This document shows positions 57,912-64,000 of a stretch of 64,000 nt of DNA, one piece after another. A program made the position numbers and the translations under genes. Source of the stretch: Candidatus Tayloriibacteriota bacterium (GTDB lineage: Bacteria > Patescibacteriota > Minisyncoccia > Phycocordibacterales > UBA10002); NCBI GenBank assembly GCA_009694955.1, contig SIBZ01000002.1, positions 1,418 through 65,417 on the forward strand. Direction: 5' to 3'. Positions within the stretch are counted from its first letter, which is position 1; each line of letters starts with the position of its first letter. The notes below the pieces were generated by a model. It searched no databases. It was not told the origin of the DNA and saw only the letters and a list, made by a program, of their open reading frames with translations.

Positions 57912-59803
57912 AGTTGTTTTTTTCCTCCGTTTTTAATAAAGGTATCGTACCACAGCTGCCACATAACAACCGCCCAGATGAGGTTCAGGTTATATTTCCG
58001 GCTCTCCAAATGAGCACGCCACATCTCCTGCACTTCCTCTGTGTTGAAGAATTCAGAGCAGAGATTCGCAGGCGAGAGAATCTCGCCAACCTGTTCCTTA
58101 AGTTCGGTACGGACCCATTTCGCCATCGGCGTGAACCACCCTCGCTTTGGCTCGCCCAAAAGATGCTCGGGAAGATATTCGGCAATCGCGTCGCGCCAGA
58201 TATCTTTCCCCTTGAATGAATCGGAGCGGAGCCCCGAGTGCGTGATTTTCCACTTGGTTGGAATCTTGCACGAAAGTTCGATGAGGCGGTGGTCGAGAAT
58301 CGGCACCCGCTCTTCAAGACCTTGGCCACTCGTCATCTTATCGCTCCGCAGGAGCGACTCGTCGGTAAGCCAGCTCTGCCGGTCGGTATTCATAAACTGT
58401 TTCTCGAAATCTCCGGAGAAATCTGCAGAAGTGAAATAGCGAGCAAAATGTGCCTTGGGCGAAAGGTTCTGTGGTATGTCCTTTCTGATGAGTGCCGACA
58501 CATTCGCCTCTTTTTGCGCGAGAAACGAGAGGAACAGGTCCGTCGGGTCATTCTTCGAGAATTTTTCCATGACCTCCGTCCGGTTCGCCTGCTTCAGGAG
58601 ATACAGAATGGATTGCCGAACCGTACCCGGAAGTTTGCCGAAGCGCCGGATGACACGCGAGAGCGCGTAACGCCGATACCCGCCGAAGAGCTCGTCGGCC
58701 CCGTCTCCGCCGAGCACGACCGCGACGTCGCGCTTTGCCAGACGGGACAGAAGGAAAATGGCTCCGGCCGTCGGATTGGCGTTCGGTTCGTCAAGGTGCC
58801 ACGCGATACGCGAAAGCTGTCCTCCGATATCCTTTCCCGAAATCATAAGCGTATGATGGTCGCTTCCGTAGTGCTGTGCCGTTTGCTTCGCGAGCATGAA
58901 GTCAGCGTTAAATTTTTCCCGCTGGACGTCCACATCGAATCCGACCGAGTAGGTCTTCACTTTACCGGATGCGTTCTCGGCTACCGCGCCGAGTACCGCG
59001 CTCGAATCGAGTCCGCCGGAGAGAAACACTCCGACGGGACGGTCGGAAATAAGCTGGCGCCGTACCGAATCCTTAAACAGCGTTCGGATACGTTCCTGTG
59101 CTTCATCCTTTGATGATACATCGTCAAAATCAGATATCTTCCAATAGTTCACGACCGAGAGCATTCCGTTTTTGAAAGAAGCGTAGTGCGCCGGCGGGAG
59201 TTTCCTGACACCCTTAAACATCGTATACGGTTCCGGCACGTAGAGCATACGCATATAGAGATTGAAGGCGTCGGTATCAACTTCACGTACTACGTCGTGT
59301 TCGAGAATCGCTTTTATTTCCGAGGAGAAGATGAGACGCGCCGACTGCCCTCCCTTTGGCGACGGGTCGAAGAAATAGTAGAGCGGTTTGACGCCGGCGT
59401 GGTCACGCGCCAAAAATACTTCGTTTGTCCGCGCATCCCAAATAGCAAACGCGAAGATGCCATTGAATTTTTTCACACATTCCGGCCCGTACTTCGCGTA
59501 CGCGTGTAAAATCACTTCCGTATCGCTCGAGGAGCGGAACGAATACTCTTTTTCAAGTTCGCTCCTGAGCTCTTTGAAATTATAGATTTCGCCGTTAAAC
59601 ACAATCGTCAGCCGTCCGTCGGGACTACGCATCGGCTGTGCCCCAGTGGGAGAGAGGTCGATAATCGCGAGCCGGTTGTGACCGAGAGAAATCCCGTCCG
59701 CGACAAAGGCCCCCGTGCCGTCCGGCCCACGATGAGCGGTAACTTTGTTCATTCGGCGAACCAATCCTTCGTCGACCCACGTAAATCCGTTAATGGAACA
59801 CAT
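57908..59803 (-). CDS. asnB: Asparagine synthase (glutamine-hydrolysing) family amidotransferase
   Basis: ATG at 59803 giving MCSING (Ntn catalytic Cys2). HRGPDG and the PP-loop FLSGGLDSS are present. 631 aa. Confidence 0.9.
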   Translation of the reverse strand: MCSINGFTWVDEGLVRRMNKVTAHRGPDGTGAFVADGISLGHNRLAIIDLSPTGAQPMRSPDGRLTIVFNGEIYNFKELRSELEKEYSFRSSSDTEVILHAYAKYGPECVKKFNGIFAFAIWDARTNEVFLARDHAGVKPLYYFFDPSPKGGQSARLIFSSEIKAILEHDVVREVDTDAFNLYMRMLYVPEPYTMFKGVRKLPPAHYASFKNGMLSVVNYWKISDFDDVSSKDEAQERIRTLFKDSVRRQLISDRPVGVFLSGGLDSSAVLGAVAENASGKVKTYSVGFDVDVQREKFNADFMLAKQTAQHYGSDHHTLMISGKDIGGQLSRIAWHLDEPNANPTAGAIFLLSRLAKRDVAVVLGGDGADELFGGYRRYALSRVIRRFGKLPGTVRQSILYLLKQANRTEVMEKFSKNDPTDLFLSFLAQKEANVSALIRKDIPQNLSPKAHFARYFTSADFSGDFEKQFMNTDRQSWLTDESLLRSDKMTSGQGLEERVPILDHRLIELSCKIPTKWKITHSGLRSDSFKGKDIWRDAIAEYLPEHLLGEPKRGWFTPMAKWVRTELKEQVGEILSPANLCSEFFNTEEVQEMWRAHLESRKYNLNLIWAVVMWQLWYDTFIKNGGKKQL

Positions 59804-59809
59804 ACTTCT

Positions 59810-60493
59810 TTAACTCTTTTCAACTATGAAATTGTACGCAAGGGGAAACTGCGCCGGAAAGTTGCGCTTGGGGCGAAGAAGCATAAGTACACGGTCAAAA
59901 CCCCACACCAGCGGAAGAAAGACTATGTGAAGGGGCTTCCAGATAAGCATATCGAGTTGCTCATACGCAGCGAGAAACGGACCTCTGCCTATCGGTTCAA
60001 TCGTCCGCACCAAAAAACCATTCTCCCTAAACAATCGCGCTAATGCCTCCTCGGTAAACCGGACAAAATCATGCGGGTCGGGATGTACGTTCACCAAGAA
60101 CGGAATCGTGCCGATAAACAGTGCGCGCGGCTTGAGAAGCCTGCGGACTTCGGTAAGAACGGCGGCGTGCTCGAAAAGATGTTCGAGAATATTGAACATA
60201 AGCACGAAATCTTGCGACCCATCCGCAAGCGGGACGTTATCCTTTGTAATGTCAATCACAAAATCGGTTCCTTGCCGTGGAACAATATCCGCGACCTTAC
60301 GCGTCATCGTACTGTCTTTTTCCAAAAATCGGTAATGGCTCCCCTGGCTCCCACCACCAATGTCGAGAACATTGCCGGAAAGCCTGACGCGCCCGCGCCA
60401 AAAGAGGTTTGTGAGCGTCCTTGTCGGAGCCTTCCCTTTGAGCGCCTCGGCTAGGACCGCGCGAAGCGCTGGTGTGTATGTGCTGTTTGCCAT
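59810..60493 (-). CDS. Class I SAM-dependent methyltransferase
   Basis: ATG at 60493, 227 aa. VLDIGGGSQGS, FNILEHL and LKPRALFIGT motifs present. Confidence 0.75.
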   Translation of the reverse strand: MANSTYTPALRAVLAEALKGKAPTRTLTNLFWRGRVRLSGNVLDIGGGSQGSHYRFLEKDSTMTRKVADIVPRQGTDFVIDITKDNVPLADGSQDFVLMFNILEHLFEHAAVLTEVRRLLKPRALFIGTIPFLVNVHPDPHDFVRFTEEALARLFRENGFLVRTIEPIGRGPFLAAYEQLDMLIWKPLHIVFLPLVWGFDRVLMLLRPKRNFPAQFPLAYNFIVEKS

Positions 60494-60499
60494 ATCGGT

Positions 60500-61207
60500 T
60501 TACGAAAAAATATTGAAACGGATAATACACCAGAGCGCCGAGAACCCGTCCTTCCAGCCGACCTTCTTCCCTTCCGCGTAGGTCCGTCCGCTATACGATA
60601 TACCCACTTCGTAGATGCGCAAGCGTTTTTTTGCGATGCGGGCGGTTAGTTCCGGCTCTATACCGAAACGGTTACTCGAGAGGTCGTCTTTGAATGAAGC
60701 AAGCGCGTTTTTGGTAAAGGCCTTGTAGCAAGTTTCAATATCGGAAAGATTGAGGTCGGTGAGCATATTTGAAAATGTCGTCAGCACCTTGTTGCCCACA
60801 TAATGCCAGAAGAGGAGTACTCGGTGCGGGCGGTGCCCCATAAAGCGCGAGCCGTACACCACGTCGGCACGCCCATCGAGCAGAGGTTCGAGCATAAGCG
60901 GATAGTCCTTCGGGTCGTACTCGAGGTCCGCGTCTTGAATAATTACAAAATCTCCCGTTGCTTCTGCAAAGCCTCTACGGAGCGCCGCTCCTTTCCCTTG
61001 ATTCTTTTCCAGCCGGAAAATAGTTGCGCTGTGTGCAAGCGAATCGAGCACTGCTCCCGTTCCGTCGGTTGAACCGTCGTCGACAATAATCACCTCTTTC
61101 TCAATGCCGGGAAGTTCCACGGCAAGGACACGCTTCACCGCGAGAGCGACGATCGCCCGCTCGTTAAATACCGGAATGATGATGGAAAGTCTTTTCATAT
61201 GCTTCAC
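60500..61207 (-). CDS. GT2 glycosyltransferase (polyprenyl-phosphate sugar synthase-like, soluble)
   Basis: The GTG at 61207 forms a GTGA overlap with the upstream stop; the ATG at 61198 is an alternative start. SIIIPVFNE, VDDGSTDGT and QDADLEYDP motifs present. Confidence 0.85.
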   Translation of the reverse strand: MKHMKRLSIIIPVFNERAIVALAVKRVLAVELPGIEKEVIIVDDGSTDGTGAVLDSLAHSATIFRLEKNQGKGAALRRGFAEATGDFVIIQDADLEYDPKDYPLMLEPLLDGRADVVYGSRFMGHRPHRVLLFWHYVGNKVLTTFSNMLTDLNLSDIETCYKAFTKNALASFKDDLSSNRFGIEPELTARIAKKRLRIYEVGISYSGRTYAEGKKVGWKDGFSALWCIIRFNIFS

Positions 61208-62235
61208 TTCTGTGCGGGATACACCGCGAGAATCGCATCAATGAGCCCATCTTGGCTGTGGTGCTTCTCTACCCACTCCCTGCCTTTGGTAGTATAGACG
61301 ATTCCCCCACTTTCAAACACGCGTGAAATAACCTCAGCAAGTTTTCCTCCCTCTCCTTCGGGAAACTTCCATACGCCGGGAATATCCTCCCCAAATGCTT
61401 CGCTTGAGGTGAATACGGGAAGTCCCGAGGCGAGGGCTTCAAGCACGACCTTATCGACACTTCCCGTCCGGCTCGCATGCACGAAGAGTGTGTACTCACT
61501 GTACAGCTTAGGGAGGTCGGCATACAAGACTTTTCCCGCAAAGCGAGCTTTCGCCTGGAGAGAATGCTCCTGTATCGCCCGCGAGAGCTCTCCTTGATAC
61601 GCGGTATCCTGCGCCGTCACGGTCTCTCCGACGAAAGAAAGTGACGCCTCGGCATATTTTTTCTGGAGCTTGAAAAAACCGATGAGTAAGGTGCGCAAAT
61701 CTTTCACGGGAGCGATACGCCCGACCGACAAGAGCCGGAGACCGGTTTCTTTTTCTTTCTTTCCTGAAAAGAGTTCGGTGTCGATGCCGTGGCCGATAAC
61801 GCGCACCTTCCGGCTTTGAAGCCGGAAACTTTCTTTGGACGCAGTGCACACCGCGTGTACCAGCATCGTCGCGAGCCGAAGGCGCAGACTCACTTGCTTG
61901 TGCACATACCAGAGCACCGTACGTACTCCAAAGAGCCGAGGCAAGAGATGCGCCCCGAGCGCGTATTCGGGACACATATGAAAAAAGACTCCGTCGGTGT
62001 TCGGAAGTAGTCTTAAGAGGAGGCGCTGATACGCTAGCACGCGGGAAAGACGCGAAGCCCCTCCTTCTTTACCGAGCGAGTACACGCGCACCGAAGCGGG
62101 AAGTTCGTGCGCTCCGACTTCATTCGCAATTACCGTAAGTTCGGTTTTCTCCGCGAAGCGCGCGAGCCAACGGACAAAGAAACCGAGATTGCCGTCGGAT
62201 GCGTCAACTTTTTGAGTAACTATAAGTAATCGCAT
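61204..62235 (-). CDS. GT-B glycosyltransferase (GT4/GT1-like)
   Basis: ATG at 62235, 343 aa. The C-terminal half has GRIAPVKD...SVDKVVLEALASGLPVF. Confidence 0.75.
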   Translation of the reverse strand: MRLLIVTQKVDASDGNLGFFVRWLARFAEKTELTVIANEVGAHELPASVRVYSLGKEGGASRLSRVLAYQRLLLRLLPNTDGVFFHMCPEYALGAHLLPRLFGVRTVLWYVHKQVSLRLRLATMLVHAVCTASKESFRLQSRKVRVIGHGIDTELFSGKKEKETGLRLLSVGRIAPVKDLRTLLIGFFKLQKKYAEASLSFVGETVTAQDTAYQGELSRAIQEHSLQAKARFAGKVLYADLPKLYSEYTLFVHASRTGSVDKVVLEALASGLPVFTSSEAFGEDIPGVWKFPEGEGGKLAEVISRVFESGGIVYTTKGREWVEKHHSQDGLIDAILAVYPAQK

Positions 62236-62238
62236 ACA

Positions 62239-62721
62239 TCAGTGATTAGTGGGTACACGCTTCTTCCCCGAAAACAGCATACGGGAGATGAAGAAACTTT
62301 CGCACGCAATGAGGCCCGAGGCGAGAAATTGTGCCGCCATGTACCAGATTCCCCACATAGCGACAAAGAGGTACATAAGCGCGGTATTGAGAGCGAGATT
62401 GACCCCCGCGACCACGAAATACATAGTCATTTGAGTGTGCACTCGTTCCACGGAATCGTCCTCGAATGTCCAGAACTTCTGCAGGAAAAAACTCGAAAAG
62501 AACGCGACCACGAACGCAAGCACCGCTGAGACGAGGTAGTGCATACCGAACACGTCGGTAAACAGATACAGAAATACAAAATCGATGACTGCCGAGGTAC
62601 TGCCGGAAATAAGGTACCGCAAGAACCGCGCTCGCTTGCGCAATTGCGGGGCAATCTTGGGGAAACGTCGGTCTGCGACGGCAAAGCACTGTTCTTCCCA
62701 CTCTCGGAGTAAATGAATCAT
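62239..62721 (-). CDS. GtrA-family small membrane protein
   Basis: ATG at 62721, 160 aa, 4 TM. FLRYLISGSTSAVIDFVFLYLF...FFLQKFWTF matches the GtrA pattern. Confidence 0.8.
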   Translation of the reverse strand: MIHLLREWEEQCFAVADRRFPKIAPQLRKRARFLRYLISGSTSAVIDFVFLYLFTDVFGMHYLVSAVLAFVVAFFSSFFLQKFWTFEDDSVERVHTQMTMYFVVAGVNLALNTALMYLFVAMWGIWYMAAQFLASGLIACESFFISRMLFSGKKRVPTNH

Positions 62722-62806
62722 AGAAACAAATTTTCAATTATCAATTATCAAAGAATCTTTAAGTATGAGATTCAAAGAAATTAAGAATTAAAAAATTGAT
62801 TGAAAA

Positions 62807-62829
62807 TTGATAATTGAGACTTGATAATT
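62807..62829. repeat. 23-nt AT-rich repeat, copy B (TTGATAATTGAGACTTGATAATT)
   Basis: One mismatch to copy A at 43386-43408. It overlaps the stop codon (62828-62830) of the upstream gene. The spacer also has TATCAATTATCAA at 62739-62751. Confidence 0.55.
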
Positions 62830-63745
62830 ACGAACGCTTTGCGTTCGTCCCATGCACTCCTTCCAAAAGGTCCAAATCTTTTCCGCTTGAACGGAGGAGC
62901 TCGTTATTCTTTTCGGTAAGCGATTCCAGTACCTGCTTCCCCAGTGGGTCGGCAACAAGTTTTTCATAGAGCAACACGAACGCCGCGAAATCTTTAATAA
63001 AACAGTGTCCTCCCGCCCCGCGCCCACCCGCGTCTTTCTCTCCCGCGTGTCCGCTCTTATGAACCGGATCCATATGCGAAGCACCGATACGCGGGTCGGC
63101 CGTCAGAGCGTCGCGGACATGTTCCCACCGGCACCCTAGTTTCTGTGCCAAATCGTACAGCATATTAATGTACACAACCTTCACATAGAAAAAATTATTT
63201 CCCCCGTATTTCACGAGCTCCGCTTCGGTTGAGCGGATAACGGCCTCATAGGGAGCCTTGGGAAGTACCGACAAGACTTTCTTCGCGGCTTCCCGCGTTT
63301 CCTCGTTTTCTATGGGAATGCCGATAATATTCCGGTCGGGGTGTGCCGCATCATAGGACGCGGTTTTCTCACGCAAAAATTCAGGCGAATGAAAGACGAA
63401 AATATCGGGGAAAAGTTTCTGCAATTTTTCGGTCGTGCCGGGAAGCATGGTTGATTTAACCACCGCCACCTTTCCCTTCCCGATAAGAGGGAGCACTTTT
63501 TCAATGATTGAGTAGTCAAATCCTCCCGGCGTTGTCGGTGTTGGAACGGCAATAAACACAACGTCGCACGCTTTAATTTTTTCTTTGTTCTTCCGGTATG
63601 GTTCTTCCATGGCGTATCGCACCCCGGTAAATCCCCGCTTCTCAAAATCATCGGCATAGTTCTTGCCGATCCATCCCTGTCCGATGAAACCAATCAAAGG
63701 TCTTCGCGCGTTCTCTGTTTTAGTTTCCTTTTCTCCCTTTTTCAT
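62828..63745 (-). CDS. UDP-glucose/GDP-mannose dehydrogenase-family protein, short form lacking the C-terminal nucleotide-sugar-binding domain
   Basis: ATG at 63745, 305 aa. Has the N-terminal Rossmann IGFIGQGWIG, VFIAVPTP and the catalytic-Cys block GGHCFIKD. Only about 50 aa follow the Cys. Confidence 0.65.
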   Translation of the reverse strand: MKKGEKETKTENARRPLIGFIGQGWIGKNYADDFEKRGFTGVRYAMEEPYRKNKEKIKACDVVFIAVPTPTTPGGFDYSIIEKVLPLIGKGKVAVVKSTMLPGTTEKLQKLFPDIFVFHSPEFLREKTASYDAAHPDRNIIGIPIENEETREAAKKVLSVLPKAPYEAVIRSTEAELVKYGGNNFFYVKVVYINMLYDLAQKLGCRWEHVRDALTADPRIGASHMDPVHKSGHAGEKDAGGRGAGGHCFIKDFAAFVLLYEKLVADPLGKQVLESLTEKNNELLRSSGKDLDLLEGVHGTNAKRS

Positions 63746-63754
63746 AGTTCGTTC

Positions 63755-63782
63755 ATTTTACCTTAAATTAGAGGCTGTACAA
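63755..63782 (-). promoter_or_regulatory. Candidate sigma70-like promoter for the minus-strand operon head (near-leaderless)
   Basis: The minus strand reads TTGTAC-16 nt-TAAAAT-9 nt-ATG(63745). Confidence 0.35.
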
Positions 63783-63832
63783 CTTAAACCGCCGACAGGA
63801 TGGCTATGTTAGGCCTTGTCTTCTTTTTTGTG

Positions 63833-63864
63833 TAGCACTAGTGGGCACGTGTCCACTAGTGCTA
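63833..63864. repeat. 32-bp near-perfect palindrome (candidate operator)
   Basis: TAGCACTAGTGG-GCACGTGT-CCACTAGTGCTA has perfect 12-bp arms and a CACGTG centre; only one central pair is non-complementary. It lies 88-119 nt upstream of the ATG at 63745 and just upstream of the candidate promoter. Confidence 0.6.
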
Positions 63865-64000
63865 AACTGGTGAGCAGGAAAATAGATAACGCTGTAGCTA
63901 TTTTCTCACTACCAACGCCTCCCACACTTCAATCTGTTTTTGTATGTGCTCTTCCTTTGTCGGAAGTCCCTTAAATGCTTTAAAGGCGGCTTCGCCGAGC

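Noticed and set aside
58238-59113. 291-aa plus-strand ORF, plus similar long antisense ORFs at 28899-29753, 27830-28633, 9436-10263, 54851-55585, 4958-5659 and 47820-48509
   Set aside because: Each is opposite a minus-strand gene with strong family signatures (AsnB, C-methyltransferase, aldo/keto reductase, PseB-type dehydratase, GT4, Capsule_synth-like, nucleotidyltransferase/kinase). None has a motif, a sensible start context or coupling to neighbours.
63833-63864. The 32-bp palindrome as a rho-independent terminator for the upstream minus-strand ORF
   Set aside because: There is no U-tract 3' of the hairpin on either strand. The T-run precedes it on the plus strand, and an A-run follows it on the minus strand.
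63898-64000. Open minus-strand frame reaching the right edge (...LGEAAFKAFKGLPTKEEHIQKQIEVWEALVVRK, stop at 63898-63900)
   Set aside because: Only 33 codons are visible and a second reverse frame is also open over most of the stretch. No motif is present. It is probably the 3' end of a gene, but it cannot be supported from this window.
1-64000. Search for tRNA/rRNA genes, CRISPR arrays, transposases, integrases, toxin-antitoxin or defence-system genes
   Set aside because: All intergenic stretches of 70 bp or more were read. None shows tRNA T-arm-like GGTTCGAATCC-type sequence, regularly spaced direct repeats or rRNA-like sequence. No ORF shows DDE, tyrosine- or serine-recombinase motifs, or nuclease/ATPase motifs typical of defence systems.

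Overview
This 64-kb window is essentially one continuous cell-surface glycan biosynthesis island. I call 63 protein-coding genes: 57 on the minus strand and 6 on the plus strand in three small islets. Spacers are very short and there are eleven 4-nt ATGA/GTGA stop-start overlaps, so most of the window reads as a few very long minus-strand operons. I saw no rRNA, tRNA, CRISPR array, transposase, integrase or phage gene.

Functional blocks, left to right:
1. 1-18420: nonulosonic (sialic-acid-like) acid biosynthesis. It holds two NeuB-type synthases, two CMP-sugar synthetases, NeuC, a PseB/CapD-type 4,6-dehydratase, class III and class IV aminotransferases, and a WbpG-type amidotransferase with its own HisH/HisF (acetamidino chemistry). 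It also holds GmhA plus a KdsC-type phosphatase, and an MsbA-type ABC exporter.
2. Two KpsC/KpsS-like (Capsule_synth-like) transferases, an FkbM methyltransferase and a GT4.
3. 22318-26155: an uncharacterised DUF4956 / VTC-domain / CotH-kinase-plus-beta-helix trio.
4. A GDP-sugar tailoring block: cupin, Gmd, aldo-keto reductase and a sugar C-methyltransferase.
5. Several modules of lipid-phosphate GT2 plus small membrane protein (LAB_N, GtrA) plus GT-C, interleaved with large unknown proteins and a nitroreductase fusion.
6. A dispersed GDP-D-glycero-D-manno-heptose pathway (transaldolase, SIS isomerases, GHMP kinase, two GmhB, two nucleotidyltransferases) next to a B12-radical-SAM enzyme, a Nudix-like protein and a P-loop kinase.
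7. A second Gmd, a Ppm1/DPM1-like GT2, a GT-C, an SDR epimerase/reductase, GT4s, an exostosin-like GT, AsnB flanked by methyltransferases, GtrA and a short UDP-glucose-dehydrogenase-like protein.

Non-coding highlights:
- Two homologous elements of about 185 and 218 nt, closed by perfect 18- and 20-bp inverted repeats with compensatory substitutions. Each lies immediately upstream of one NeuB paralog.
- A 23-nt near-identical AT-rich repeat with TATCAA/TTGATA arrays in two spacers.
- A 32-bp near-perfect palindrome with a CACGTG core.
- Three terminator-like hairpins that isolate a small orphan gene and neighbouring units.

I checked start codons by hand. The ORF track opens many ORFs at TTG/GTG or far upstream, and I trimmed those. 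The taxon cannot be established from this window. Shine-Dalgarno sequences are nearly absent at the starts I inspected, and -10-like boxes sit 7-9 nt from several ATGs. Both point to SD-independent or leaderless initiation.
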